Source: Lama glama (taxonomy: Eukaryota). From it: a DNA stretch of 64,000 nucleotides. Of the stretch, positions 1 through 11,327 are shown in pieces. The position numbers and the translations under genes are program-made. Each line of letters opens with the position of its first letter. Within the stretch, counting starts at the first letter, position 1. The DNA lies in the NCBI GenBank assembly GCA_028534125.1, contig CM052817.1, forward strand, positions 32,924,001-32,988,000. Reading direction: 5' to 3'. The notes beneath the pieces were generated by a model. It was not told where the DNA came from. It was given only the letters and a program-made list of their open reading frames with translations, and did no database searches.

Positions 1-785
1 GAAATATGTAGAACACATACACCCAGAGAAAGGTAGATCTAAATCTTACAGCACTCTAATGTTGCTCCAAATAACATGAGATCCGAAATTAGGCAAAATT
101 GTAATGCTTCTGACAAGCATTGCTCCTGACGGCAATAATCCAATGTCCTCACACTTCAGAGGCCAATTTCCTTCTGGTGATTTCTCCCCAATTCATCCTG
201 AGTGGACAGAATCACTCAAGTCAGAGTGATTTATATTCAGTCAATCAGTTCTCTGTCAGCAGGAAAACTCCACTGGGCTCATGATGTGCAGTTTTCACGC
301 TTGGAGTTTCCTTTATTGCTTGACAGACATTTCTGGGGAACAGACCCAGTGTATCGACTCTGAAGACCAAACACAACCCTCCCAAGGGACGCTTAGGACA
401 TATAAATATAACAAAACTCATCCCAGCCTGACTCTGCTCATTAAGAACTATCTAATACATGCCCTCATGCTGGACGCGTCTTAGATTGTGTGTCCATCTT
501 ACTAGTCTGTAGACTAAGGGCAGCTGTGATGAGGTTTGTGGTTAATAGTCTTTCACACAGTATGTACTAGAGATGGCCAATTATTAAGCAGAGCAGCCTC
601 TAAAGCTGTAGAAGTGACAGCCCAGATGAATGTTCCAATTCCTACTTGATGAGTAAAGAAAACTACTCGATGCTGAAATGATTTTTGGTCAGTCAGGCTC
701 TCGCAGACCCACATGACAGGAATAAACGGCAGCACATTTCCTGGGGTACAATGTGACTTCTTTTCACTAGGAGTTTTAAAAAGGA

Positions 786-1180
786 TTACAGCCTTTGACC
801 CAGTGATTCTATCTCTATGACTTTACCCTAAGGAAGTAGTCAAAGATAAGGACAAAGATTTATGCACAAGGATGTTTGAAATCTAGAAACAACTAAAATG
901 TCCAAAAATAGGAAAATGCTTAAAATAAATAATAGTAGATCTTAGAATATAATACAATTATTAAAGGTAACATTTTAAAAATAACTTGGTAAGTATTTCT
1001 GATATCAAAGTTAATTTCTACTTAGGTATATGTATATTTATATAAACACATGCCTATGAATTGAAAAAAAACTTACCAAAATATTTACAGTGCTTATTTC
1101 TGGGTGATGGGATTAAAGTTGATTTAAAATGTTTAGCTTCAGAGCTTTCTACCATAAACACATATTATTTAATTTTGAAA
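786..1180 (+). mobile_element. Ancient L1 (L1ME-like) 3' end fragment
   Basis: Motifs ctttgacccagtgattctatctcta, caaggatgttt, aactaaaatgtccaaaaatagga and acagtgcttatttctgggtgatgggatt resemble old L1M 3' regions. Confidence 0.7.
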
Positions 1181-1366
1181 AATGCCATTGGCCAATTATA
1201 AAATGACATTTATTACTTCATCATTAGGAGAAGAAATAAGGGGTAAAAATCTCACTTGGACTGCAAGGGATTGGAGAACCTTGACACTAGATAAGCATGT
1301 GATCCTATTAGTGTTGCTGAAATTCTCTCATTCTGTGAGACTTACCACTGGTGTAAAAAAGTCACC

Positions 1367-1390
1367 TCCAAACAGACGTCCAAACAGACG
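1367..1390. repeat. Perfect 12-bp tandem duplication (TCCAAACAGACG)x2
   Basis: Read directly: 1367-1378 is identical to 1379-1390. Confidence 0.95.
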
Positions 1391-2289
1391 ATACACAGAG
1401 CTGTGCTATTCAGCTGCCCACCCCAGCTTCCCAGCTGGTCCTCTGGGCGGGGGTCACTCACTGATTTAATTTAGATTAATGCGGTAGGTCTTAGGTGGCC
1501 ACTCTGCATTGAATCCCAAGCAATGCTCTTTATTATCATAAAGGACAAGCATCTCAGGAGTTTAAGGTTCAGGCGCAGAAACCGCCATCTACATCTCTGC
1601 CCCTGACTCGCCAAATCACAAGAGTCTGGTGAGTCAACGTGAGAGATTCCAAACACAAAGGTCGATACTGGGCTACTGACCTCTCTGACCCCAGCTCCGA
1701 GCCAAAAACTGCAGTGCAGTTTTTCCTCCCACGCCGAACTATTAGCAACCAGCTCATCTTGCTTGATTCTCTTCCTTGACAACTGTTTTCGAATAGAGAC
1801 TAGTTCTTCTGGTGCCCACACACTAAATTAGCAGGTTGGCGTTTCATGGCTTTTCTTCACTGTACAGGCCTTTAATGTCTTTGCTAATGTTAATTCATAT
1901 TAATTAGGTGATATTCTCTTTCAAGTCAGACCGTGGTACCTCTGAAAATTCATCTGGTCTAGAATGGACCTGAAAAGCCCATTTATACACAGCTTGCAAG
2001 TTAACAGGTCACTGTTTCAGAACAACTTTGCAAAGGACAAGGTTTTCAGAGCCTTGTCCAGTTGCTCTTTAGAGATAATTTTCAGAGCCTAAAAAGGACT
2101 GACCCGGGGAGGTTAGGAAACAGTTAACATGATTCCCAGTTTTCTACTTCCCCGTCCAGTCTGTCACTAAATTCCAATAATTCCCATCCAAATAGCTCTG
2201 GTGCTTGTATCTTCCAGTCCACTCACACTACTCCATGCCTGGAACCAGGTTTCCTAAGAGATGAATTCAGATCTCAGCGGCTCGATAGC

Positions 2290-2600
2290 TGATCCCCCGT
2301 GCTTTCCTCTTCTTCCTGGGCACACACCTAGCCCATGTTTCCTAGCCCCTGATGGCGGGGACAAGTGACGGTGTGACCACCACCACGCCTGGCCCTATAG
2401 GCCTCCCCGATGGGGTCACAGTACCATGCACTGAAGAAAATGGAGCCTGGGTGTCGAGGTTACTGCTCAGGTGGGAGCTAGTTGTGAATCTCTGTCTCCA
2501 CCCTTTGATGAAAAGTTGTGTGGAGGGTCTTAATGCCAGGGTAGATGGTGTGGCTATTTTTTGAGTTAAAGTTTTGTCCCAGACATTTCTCCTTCCAGAA
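2290..2600 (+). mobile_element. Degenerate MLT1 (ERVL-MaLR) LTR fragment
   Basis: ttcctgggcacacacctagcccatgtttcctagcc and aatggagcctgggt resemble MLT1 LTR motifs; boundaries uncertain. Confidence 0.45.
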
Positions 2601-3109
2601 TGACTCCTGTAGCCATCTCATCATCTCTCCCTGAACTGTCTGAGCCAGCATCAATGTCATACATTAAAAAAAAAGTCTTATATTCTTTAAGAAACAGTTC
2701 CTACTATGACTAGCATATACATCACTTACGATGAAATACTAATAATGTGAAAATGTCCATTAGAGCAGAAACCCATTTTAGAACCACAAGCATGAACTTA
2801 TTGGGCCAATTAATTAATAACAGTGCTGTCAAATGTCTGAGGTCAATTTTAAATGATATTGAGAAGTTTCAAATAACCTGTTGACTTTCAACAATAAAAA
2901 TTTCAGCTATTTTTAAAAGGATATCCTAAAACCCCAACTCTGAACTTCCTATTGCTAACTTTTTATTCAAAGGATAAAGGCTAATTCATTTTTTAGAATG
3001 GCAAATTTCAACATATTTTATTTCTGTAGATTTAGTTCAAAACTAACAGGAATTAACTATTTTTTTTCTAAACTTGCAACTCATTTCCTGAACAGAAACA
3101 CACTAAATG

Positions 3110-3330
3110 GTATGAACTTGAAAAGATACAGTGCCTGCTGTCCTTTGAAGAGTTTACAGTCTAGCAGGAGAGAGAGAAATACAAATAAATATTGGCGACA
3201 CAATGCCTGTACAGAGTAAGTTCTCCAGGGGCACATGGAGGGTGAGGGTTTGGGGAAAAGCTCCTTGGAGAAGGTGACATTTGCAATCTATCAGAATTCA
3301 AAGATGTGGGGGAGAGGAAAGGAAGAGAGA
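3110..3330 (-). mobile_element. L2 fragment
   Basis: gagtttacagtctagcaggagag...acaaataaat and ggagaaggtgacatttg match the reverse complement of the L2 3' region. Confidence 0.6.
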
Positions 3331-4159
3331 TGATGCCTCAACTTTTCTTTTCCAGTAAATTTCTTTTATATACTTCAGCAAAATCTTGTTTTGTTCACAT
3401 AAAGTAAACAGTGCTGACAGATGAATAAGGTAATTGTTCTTCTGTAGTGCCTCCAGCCTGGCCCTAGAGACCAGGAGACAGAACCCAGGTGACACTCTAT
3501 GATGATTGGTGCCAAGCCAGCAGATGGAAAACATTACTGGGTCAATTCCTCTCCAACGACTGGATGCCAGCATCCTTGTGTGAAAAATGAGGAGGGGCCA
3601 CAGGTCCACGTATCCTAGAGCATGATGGCTAAGGCCACTGGGGACGCTGTCAAGTGATTTGTGGTGTTGTCGGAAACCCTTCTCCCACTGTAGTTTCTTG
3701 TTCTTGAAGCTTTGGGAGTAGGAAAAATATTGTCTCTGGAGGGTTGGTAGAGGAGGTTGGACTACAACAGGTTAGGGAATGCAAGTGCACTATTCAGAGG
3801 GGCAGATGAAAAGGAACACACATTGAAGGGTGTTCTTTTCTCTTTCATGGGGCCTGGATTTTTTAAATTGATAATAACAAGGAATAATAACACAGTATCT
3901 CTCTGTCTTCTCTATCCACAAGGTAGCCCTGGAAATATGCCAGAGCCAACATGGCCAGAGCCTCTGAGGCCACTGGAGGCTGGCTTTAAATCATGCAGCA
4001 GGTCTAAAATAACTTGTGTTCTGATTCCTTGCTATTTGTTTGGTTTTCTGAGAAATCTGTATGTCTACATCCATAGCGTCAGAAAGAACTGCTTATCTTT
4101 GTCCATCTAGCAAACTGGAGGTCAGAAAATAAAGCAAAAGTACCTAATTGGGAAAACGG

Positions 4160-4330
4160 TATAACAGAGAAAGGTTAAGGCCTTGGAGTTAAGAGACCTG
4201 GTTTTGAATCCCAGCTCTGTGTGACCTTGGCAAGTTTACACTTTTTCCTGTTCTCTAAAGAGGGAATTAATTCCTGCAAAACTACCTCACAGGGTAATTT
4301 AGAGATCAAAATAGACATGAGATAATACTT
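4160..4330 (+). mobile_element. MIR SINE
   Basis: gacctggttttgaatcccagctctgtgtgaccttggcaagt...actacctcacagggt matches the MIR core. Confidence 0.8.
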
Positions 4331-4409
4331 CAGAGACTGGTCAGCTACAAACAAACACAAGAGGAGTTGAGTTTTTCTTCTAAATGTTAAGTAACAACAG
4401 CAAAATAAT

Positions 4410-4515
4410 AATTATAAGCTCTCTGTGGATAGAGATTTTGACATTTTTATTGACTGCTTTGTGCCTGGCACAAAGTAGGAGTGTGAGAATTATTTACAGT
4501 ATAGATGAAGGAATG
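4410..4515 (+). mobile_element. L2 3' end
   Basis: taagctc...gtgcctggcacaaagtagg...gatgaaggaatg is a typical L2 terminus. Confidence 0.6.
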
Positions 4516-6668
4516 GGGCTGGGTCAATCTATAGATTAAGCGATGCTTCCATAGGCTCTTTGAAAACTACCCAAAAGGCTAAAGAAAGGCACATTAAGCC
4601 TCGTTAGTGCATCGTAAGCAATAGACTAAATTTATGGTACGCATGGGTAGTTGTGTCTTCTTGAGATCTCTGCACATAGAGGGCCCAATAAATATTTAGA
4701 CTCACGGGTGTGCGGGTTTGAATGCAGAACTAGACTCCAGGGAGGAAAAATCCTTTCTTGTGATGCTACATCTAATTTTAGACTTTTAGTTCACTTCCCT
4801 ACTTCTCATGCCTTCCTTCTCATTTGATTTTGCCACTCCCCCTCCCACCACCCCAAAGATGAGTATTGCTGAGATGAGGAATAGGAATTTGCATCTGTGT
4901 CTCCAATGAATTCGTGACTTTAACAGCGCACTTGGGAAAACTGGGACACCAGCTCCGCAAGGTGTACTTTAGGAAAAGGAATCACAGACCCATGTGAACC
5001 TGGCCCTAAAAATACAGGTGTGGCTTCAGGATGTTCCAGGAATCCAGGAGACTTAGCCTACACTTCGAAGGCAGAGTCTGCGTGTGCAGAATGCTGTGGC
5101 ATCAGTTCGGTCTCCCAAATTCTAACTAATCTTAGTTCACTCTTTTCTTTGGCTGCTAAGAAGCTCTGTGCCAAATTTAGACCAACTTCATAGGACCCTA
5201 TGGCTTTTATTTTATGTTTTATAACTACATCAGTGATTTTCTTTATCTTACCTTTAGCTTCATTTTATATTCTACTTTTATTCTCTTTTTACTCTGGCAG
5301 TATCACTGCTTTTGTAGTACTGTTCTCAGGAAACCACTTAGGATATCTTTTGGCATCATGCTAATAAAAGCCACTCTAAATGCAGTCTGGGATGTTTCCT
5401 GAGTCAAACCTGAAGATGGGTGTGAAACCTGTTGTGTGTGAGCTCTGGCACCACTGGCTGGGGCAGAGTCTTACCACGTGAAGTTAATCGTTCAAGGGGA
5501 CACTTCAGCCCCAATATTGAGAACACCTCTCTGTTTGGGTGGGAGAGTGTGCGTAGTTGAGGGGAAGCCCTGCAGGTGACAAGTCAGAGTTTGAAAGACA
5601 CTGTCATTCAAATGAATCTGGTCTGACTTGGAATGTAAACTCCAGAGTCAGCAGCAGCTCTGTTCTTGGGCATCTGGAAACAACCAGCCAACGGAAACCT
5701 GCTGTTTTCAAGATGTTTGCTTTCATTAAATATTCGTGGCTGTGTTCCTAAAAGTCTAATGGCATGTCCTAGTCATCACAAGGAAACCTGAAGACTTGAA
5801 GATTCACTTACCTCACCAATCAGAAGGATTCTGGGCTAAATGAGGGCTCCAGAAAAATCCTCTAAAGAGGTGATGGCTGGCTCAATTCTTTTCTTATTCA
5901 ACTCAGACAGGCTAACAAACATTGAACCAAGGGTTTTTTCTCAACAAGTTCCAGATAATGAGTGGACAGGATTTCAAGCCCTATTTTAAAATGGCATGAT
6001 TGACTTGGAGGACTATATTGAAGAAAGGGATGGAAAAGATGGGAGGGAGATTGAGGAAAAGTGACATAAAGTAGCCAATTAATAAGTGTTTGATGAATAA
6101 ATGGTGGCATTAATAAATGGCAGGCTAAGATACTATCAGTTCTTTATAAACTCTTGGTTTGGCCTGTTTCAAAGATTGGCTACCCAAAATTTTTAAAAAT
6201 AAAGATAAAACAAAATAAAAATAAATATTCCATCCCCTCCCGCTCCAATCACTGATAATATTTTTATTTAAAGGTGATTTTTAATGCCTACAGCCATTTC
6301 CTTTGCCTCCAGCTAGCCCAAGTAAGATTCTTAGCTGACGCATGGAATGATGTTACTGCAGAGGGGTTCCAGTGTCCCTTTGCTCTCAGCCTGTCACCAC
6401 TTCAATAATCACACATTGGCCCACATGATCCTAGGAGCAAGCAGTTTGAAGAAGGCAGTCCTCAGTAACCTGGAGGCATTAATATGGCTTCTAAAATTGA
6501 GTCCCCCGCCCTATGCCCTAAGAAGATCAGCTTAGACTGTGAGTACACGGTACACCTGGCTCGCTGATTATACTGTACTTTATCTAGTCATGGCGGAACA
6601 GGGTTATGATTGAGTCAACCTGTGAGCATCTCCACAGCCCTGCTGTGTGCTCTGCTGAAAGCTTCTAT

Positions 6669-6834
6669 TTTTTTGTTTTTGTTTCTTTGGAGTCAGGGAG
6701 GGAGGTAATTAGGTTTATTTATTTGTTTATTTATTTATTTACTTACTTATTTTGGGGGGAGGTACTGGGGTTTGAACCCAGGATCTCATACATGATAAAC
6801 ATGCGCTCTACCATTTGAGTTATAACCTCCCCCT
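6669..6834 (-). mobile_element. Camelid tRNA-derived SINE (Vic-1-like), full length with 13-bp TSD
   Basis: Minus strand reads GGGGGAGGTTATAACTCAAATGGTAGAGCGCATG...GGGTTCAAACCCCAGTACCTCC (A and B boxes), then (TAAA)n, AACCTAATTACCTCCC and an A-rich tail. Flanked by the perfect direct repeat TGAAAGCTTCTAT at 6656-6668 and 6835-6847. Confidence 0.9.
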
Positions 6835-7967
6835 TGAAAGCTTCTATCCTTATAGTTAGGAATAAAAGGAATGGAATGAAAAGGAGAAGGGGGTGTGGAA
6901 CAGACAGGAAGGTGACTTAGCCCTTCTGGGTGGCCACCTCTTAAATAGAAATCTACACTTGCTCATAAATACTGCACTAAGTTTTTCAAATTCTCAAATC
7001 ACAATTACACACTTAAAAATATCTTTATTTCCAAGTTGGCCCGGGTGAAGCACAGATGGGGATATCTATTTTACAACAAAATTAGAAAATCAACACTAAA
7101 GCAAACATTTCTGTCAATCCACAAAAACATTTTTTTTTAGTTTAATTGATGCCAAACAGCACTGATACTTCCAAACCAAGAAATACATCAAAGAAAACCA
7201 AATATTCTCTGTGCTGCTAATAAAGAATGCCTAGTAAGTACAATTTAGAGACCACCCCTACGGGAGGAAGACAGCGCCTTTCTGATCTCCAACGTTTTAG
7301 TCAAAGCACAAGCTTTCACTTCTAAAGCCTTCTCAGCATGTTCTACTGTGGTGTCACACCTCCCACCCGCTTCCCAGTTATCTGAGGGCATCATATTTCC
7401 ATTGTAAATGCTAAAGACTTGAGTATCAAAAAAAGAATTTTAAAAAAGCTGATAGTTCATGCAGGAGACACAACCACAGTGTGAACTCCTTAAAGATGAG
7501 ACCAAGTCCACTTACCTCTGATGGCCACATGCCCTGCTGCTATGCCCACCAGAGATGCAAAATCTGTTCACTGGAGTCATCCTATTGAGTTCATGGATTT
7601 ACTTTTTAAATAAAAATTTGTCAAAACCTAACTTTTGTTAAATATCTGAGTAGAACTAAGTTGACTTGCACAAGGACACTGTCATATAGTAATTGTTTCA
7701 AGAAATCTTTTTACTTAGACAATGTTCTTAAAACCTACTTGAGTTAACAAGGGTGATATAAACGACTAAAGTTTTCATTTTCTTCTTTCCTCTTCTTAGG
7801 AAAATTCCATAAAATTTTCCAGAAAAGCAAGCTATCACCACCAAAACAAAAAGCCCCAAATTCATGTGTTAAGTTGTTGTTACACTAGGTTTTTTTTCCA
7901 TACTTTTTAAGTTAACCCTCTGTTCCCCTCAGAGATACTGGGGACTCTCTACTTTCAGGAGTCGAAC

Positions 7968-8035
7968 ATTCTAGTTGGAAAGGACCTTTCAAGAGCATCC
8001 AGTCCAAGTCCTTCGTTTATAGAAAAAGAAAACTT
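7968..8035 (-). mobile_element. MIR3/MIRc fragment
   Basis: ctagttggaaaggacctttcaagagcatccagtccaa resembles the reversed MIR3 end. Confidence 0.5.
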
Positions 8036-8077
8036 ACCCAGAGTCCAGTGCTAATTAGAGGCATAACTGAAGCCCCA

Positions 8078-8170
8078 CAGGGCAGGAGCTAACATTGTGT
8101 TTCCTGTCTAGCACAATGCCTAGTACACAGCAGACATTCAATAGATAATTGTTGGATAAAACAGATGACT
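8078..8170 (+). mobile_element. L2 3' end
   Basis: ctagcacaatgcctagtacacagcagacattcaatagataattgttggat. Confidence 0.65.
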
Positions 8171-10406
8171 TAACAGGAGCTAAAAATGTTGTCTCTCAGT
8201 TCCCTGTCTAGTATTTCTATGGCACTACAGCCAAACCACAAGACGAGTTTTGCAGTGAGACTCTAAAGGGGAAATAAGGATATTAGGGTCCATGCTTGGA
8301 GATGGGCATCCCAAGGGCTGAGTTAATCTCTTGCCAGTTGTGGATACCAGGACAAAGTTACAATGAGAACCTTATAAAGGCACTCTGGCCTACCACTGTA
8401 TTGCTATTTCCTAACCTCGATAATTTTTAGGCAAGCACTCTGGGAGCCAGATCCTTCTGGATGTCTGACCCACTCCAAACCTTCCATGCAACTAGAGTAG
8501 CAGCAACTGCTTCTTCAAGGTCACTGGGGGAAGGTGTGGTCCAAGGCACTAGACGGAACTTAGTGAAATGCCAATTTACAAACTTAAACCATTTAAAAAC
8601 AAAATTAAAAAAAAAAAAGAGGAAAAAGCAAGGAATGGAGAATGACAAATTCCAAAGTTAAAAATGGTTACTAAGCTCTTCCAGATTTTCCCTACTAGTA
8701 AAAATTTAAAGTTAAAACTTCTCCAACTAAATGGAACAAGCATGCTTTACTCTTATGAAAAAGCCATGTATTAACTGTCACTCAGATGACCTGACAGAAT
8801 TAATATTCACCAACACAACAGATCCTGTTAAGTTTCTACTGACTATAGCAGCAGGGGGAGGATTGGTCTCTACTTGGCCAGCCTCACCCAGAGCCCTGGA
8901 CTGGCTTCCGGGAGTGCTCCAAGCTCAAGAGCTCTGCAGACACACGCCCTCAGCCGCCCCGGGTCCCTCCCCTTCATCCAGGCCCAGTTCGCCTGCCTCC
9001 CTCGTGAGGCCTGCCAGTCCCTCAGGCCTACATTCTCCTTCAAGACTGTCTGAGGTACTCTCGACGCAGCTTTTCACAGAAATGAACTTGTTGGGCCTGA
9101 GGTATCTGGGACTGAGATCTCAGTAAAACGGCTGCCCCCACCAAGTGCTGGTTTCCTGATGCACTGAGGTAAGGTCATTAGGGAGGGCCCCTCTCAGTCC
9201 CTAATAGCTATAATTTCATGGACTCACTGCATTCGTCACTTTGGCAGTTCTTTAAATTCTTCACCTGGAAATCTGTGGGTGACTTGTAGAACACTTTAAA
9301 TGATTCACAGGCATTCATTTAATGAGAAATAAGTAAAATTTTGTAGTTCAGATGCCACTGTTTTTTCTTTCTAGGATAGACTAGTGGTAACAAGTATTAA
9401 AGTTTCAAGAAAATTATATAAGAGAAAAGGCTTAGAATTTTACACGTTGACTTCTCTCTCGCTTTCTTTTCTTTTCTTTCCTTTCTTTTTTTTTTGGACA
9501 AATTAGACAAAAGACTACCAGAATTTTATCTTCTTGGAAAAAAAAATCAGTGCATCTTGGTAAAAGTTGGTTTTGCAGAATTCTTTGTGAATGACACTGT
9601 AGTATTACTTACATGTTCTGCAGATATGCATTTCCTGCCCTTCAAAATTATCCATATTGCTTTAGAACATGGCTCAATGTTTTATTATTCAATATGGATG
9701 GTAGAGAAGAAAGAAGGGAGGGAAGAGGAAGGACGAAAGAAGTAGAAGGAAGAAAGATCTTCCCCAGGCATCTAAGTTTCTCCTGGTCAAGCATTTTATG
9801 GGTTAATATAAAGAAGCACCTGCCTGGCTCTTTTCAAGTTTGCTAAAGTAATTTTTTTTTTTTCTGAATTCTTCTACCACAAAGTTGATCACTTACTTGA
9901 TGAAAGGTCCTCAGGGCTTTTGAAGGTTAGGTAAGCCAATGTACTGTAAGTTAGCAAACTGAAGATGAGAGACAGGAAGGAGCGGGGTTGTTTTCTGATC
10001 CATTTCTTTGATAAATGCACATTATACATATTTTACACCATGCTTTGAACACCCTGCCTCCACCAAATGGCAGTTTCTAATACTCTATCCCAATACAAGA
10101 AGAAAGTCAAGCTTTTAGTAATAAAAATATTATATTATTGGGGACTTAAACAAATATCAAATGTTTTTGAGCTATAAAAATTTCCTTCTGATGTGTGGTG
10201 TGTGTGCATGCATGCATGTGTGTTTGAGTGTAAGGGGGAATCATTCTGTAATTTCACACTTTCTCTATTAGGAAGAATCTGGAAAAGGTTAACACCAATA
10301 TACATCTTTCAAAAAATTCAACCAAAAATATTTAAACCAAAGGGTGCATGCTGTTTTTTATTAACTTTGTTCTCCCCGCCCAATTCCGCCTTAAACAATG
10401 CAAAGT

Positions 10407-10450
10407 TTTATGACCTGAGTTTAACTACATTTATGACCTGAGTAACTACA
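10407..10450. repeat. Imperfect tandem duplication TTTATGACCTGAGT(TT)AACTACA x2
   Basis: 10407-10429 and 10430-10450 are identical apart from a 2-bp indel. Confidence 0.9.
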
Positions 10451-10589
10451 AAATGCATTCACTTTGACTTCATTAAGCTATAAACAAGTGCATGGTCTAA
10501 ATGGGACTTGGTAGCTTCATTTCTTGGGATAAATTCAGCAGCAATATGGTAGACATTTAACATTCATAACTCTGGAAGAGCATAAATTG

Positions 10590-10762
10590 TCCAGAGGTAT
10601 AGCCATACACATACGATTAACTGATTTTGATACATGTGCAAAGGCAATTCAGTGAACAAAGGATAAACTTTGCAGTGAATGGTGCTGCAACTATTGTACA
10701 TTCATAAATAAAAACAGGAAACTTAACCAATACCTTCCATCTTACATAAAAACTAACCCTAA
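10590..10762 (+). mobile_element. Old L1M (ORF2 3' region), left part of an interrupted element
   Basis: ctgattttgatacatgtgcaaaggcaattcagtg...aatggtgctg is L1 ORF2-derived and continues seamlessly at about 11342 after the younger insertion. Confidence 0.8.
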
Positions 10763-11327
10763 GATACATGCACCCTAGTGTTCTTAGCAGCGCTATATAC
10801 AATAGCCAAGACATGGAAATAACCTAAATGTTCATCTATAGATAACTAGATAAAGAAGCTGTGGTATATTTATACAATGGGCTACTACTCAGCCATAAAA
10901 AAGAATAAAATAATGCCATTTGCAGCAACACGTATGGATCTGGAGACTGTCATTCTAAGTGAAGAAAGCTAGAAAGAGAAAGAAAAATACCATATGATAT
11001 CACTTATATGTGGAATTAAAAAAAAAAAGACAAACTTATTTACAAAACAGAAACAGACTCAGACTTAGAAAATAAACTTATGGTTACCAGGGACAGGGGG
11101 AAGAGGGTGGGAAGGGATAAATTGGGAGTTCGAGGTTTGCAGATACTAACTACTATGTATAAAATAGATAAACAACAAGCACAGGGAAGTATATTCAATA
11201 TCTATAGTAACCTATAATGAAAAAGAACATGAAAGTGAATATATGTATGTATATATATTACTGAAACTTTATGCTGTACACCATAAATTGACACATTGTA
11301 AACTGACTACACTTCAATAAAAAAAAG
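10763..11327 (+). mobile_element. Young 5'-truncated L1 (camelid/artiodactyl type) 3' end with A tail and 14-bp TSD
   Basis: ORF2 C-terminal remnant (gatacatgcacc...tgtggaat), 3' UTR with G-rich tract, aataaaaaaaa tail. TSD AAAACTAACCCTAA (10749-10762) / AAAACTAACTCTAA (11328-11341), 13/14 identical. Confidence 0.92.

Noticed and set aside
1471..1821. 116-aa minus-strand ORF
   Set aside because: Non-ATG start, no recognisable homology and no convincing flanking splice pair.
8731..9126. 131-aa ORF with a Pro/Ser-rich tail
   Set aside because: No recognisable domain; the composition simply reflects the local C-rich block.
10060..10073. CTCF-like CCACCAAATGGCAG
   Set aside because: Mismatch at the normally invariant G of the CAG core; too weak to call.
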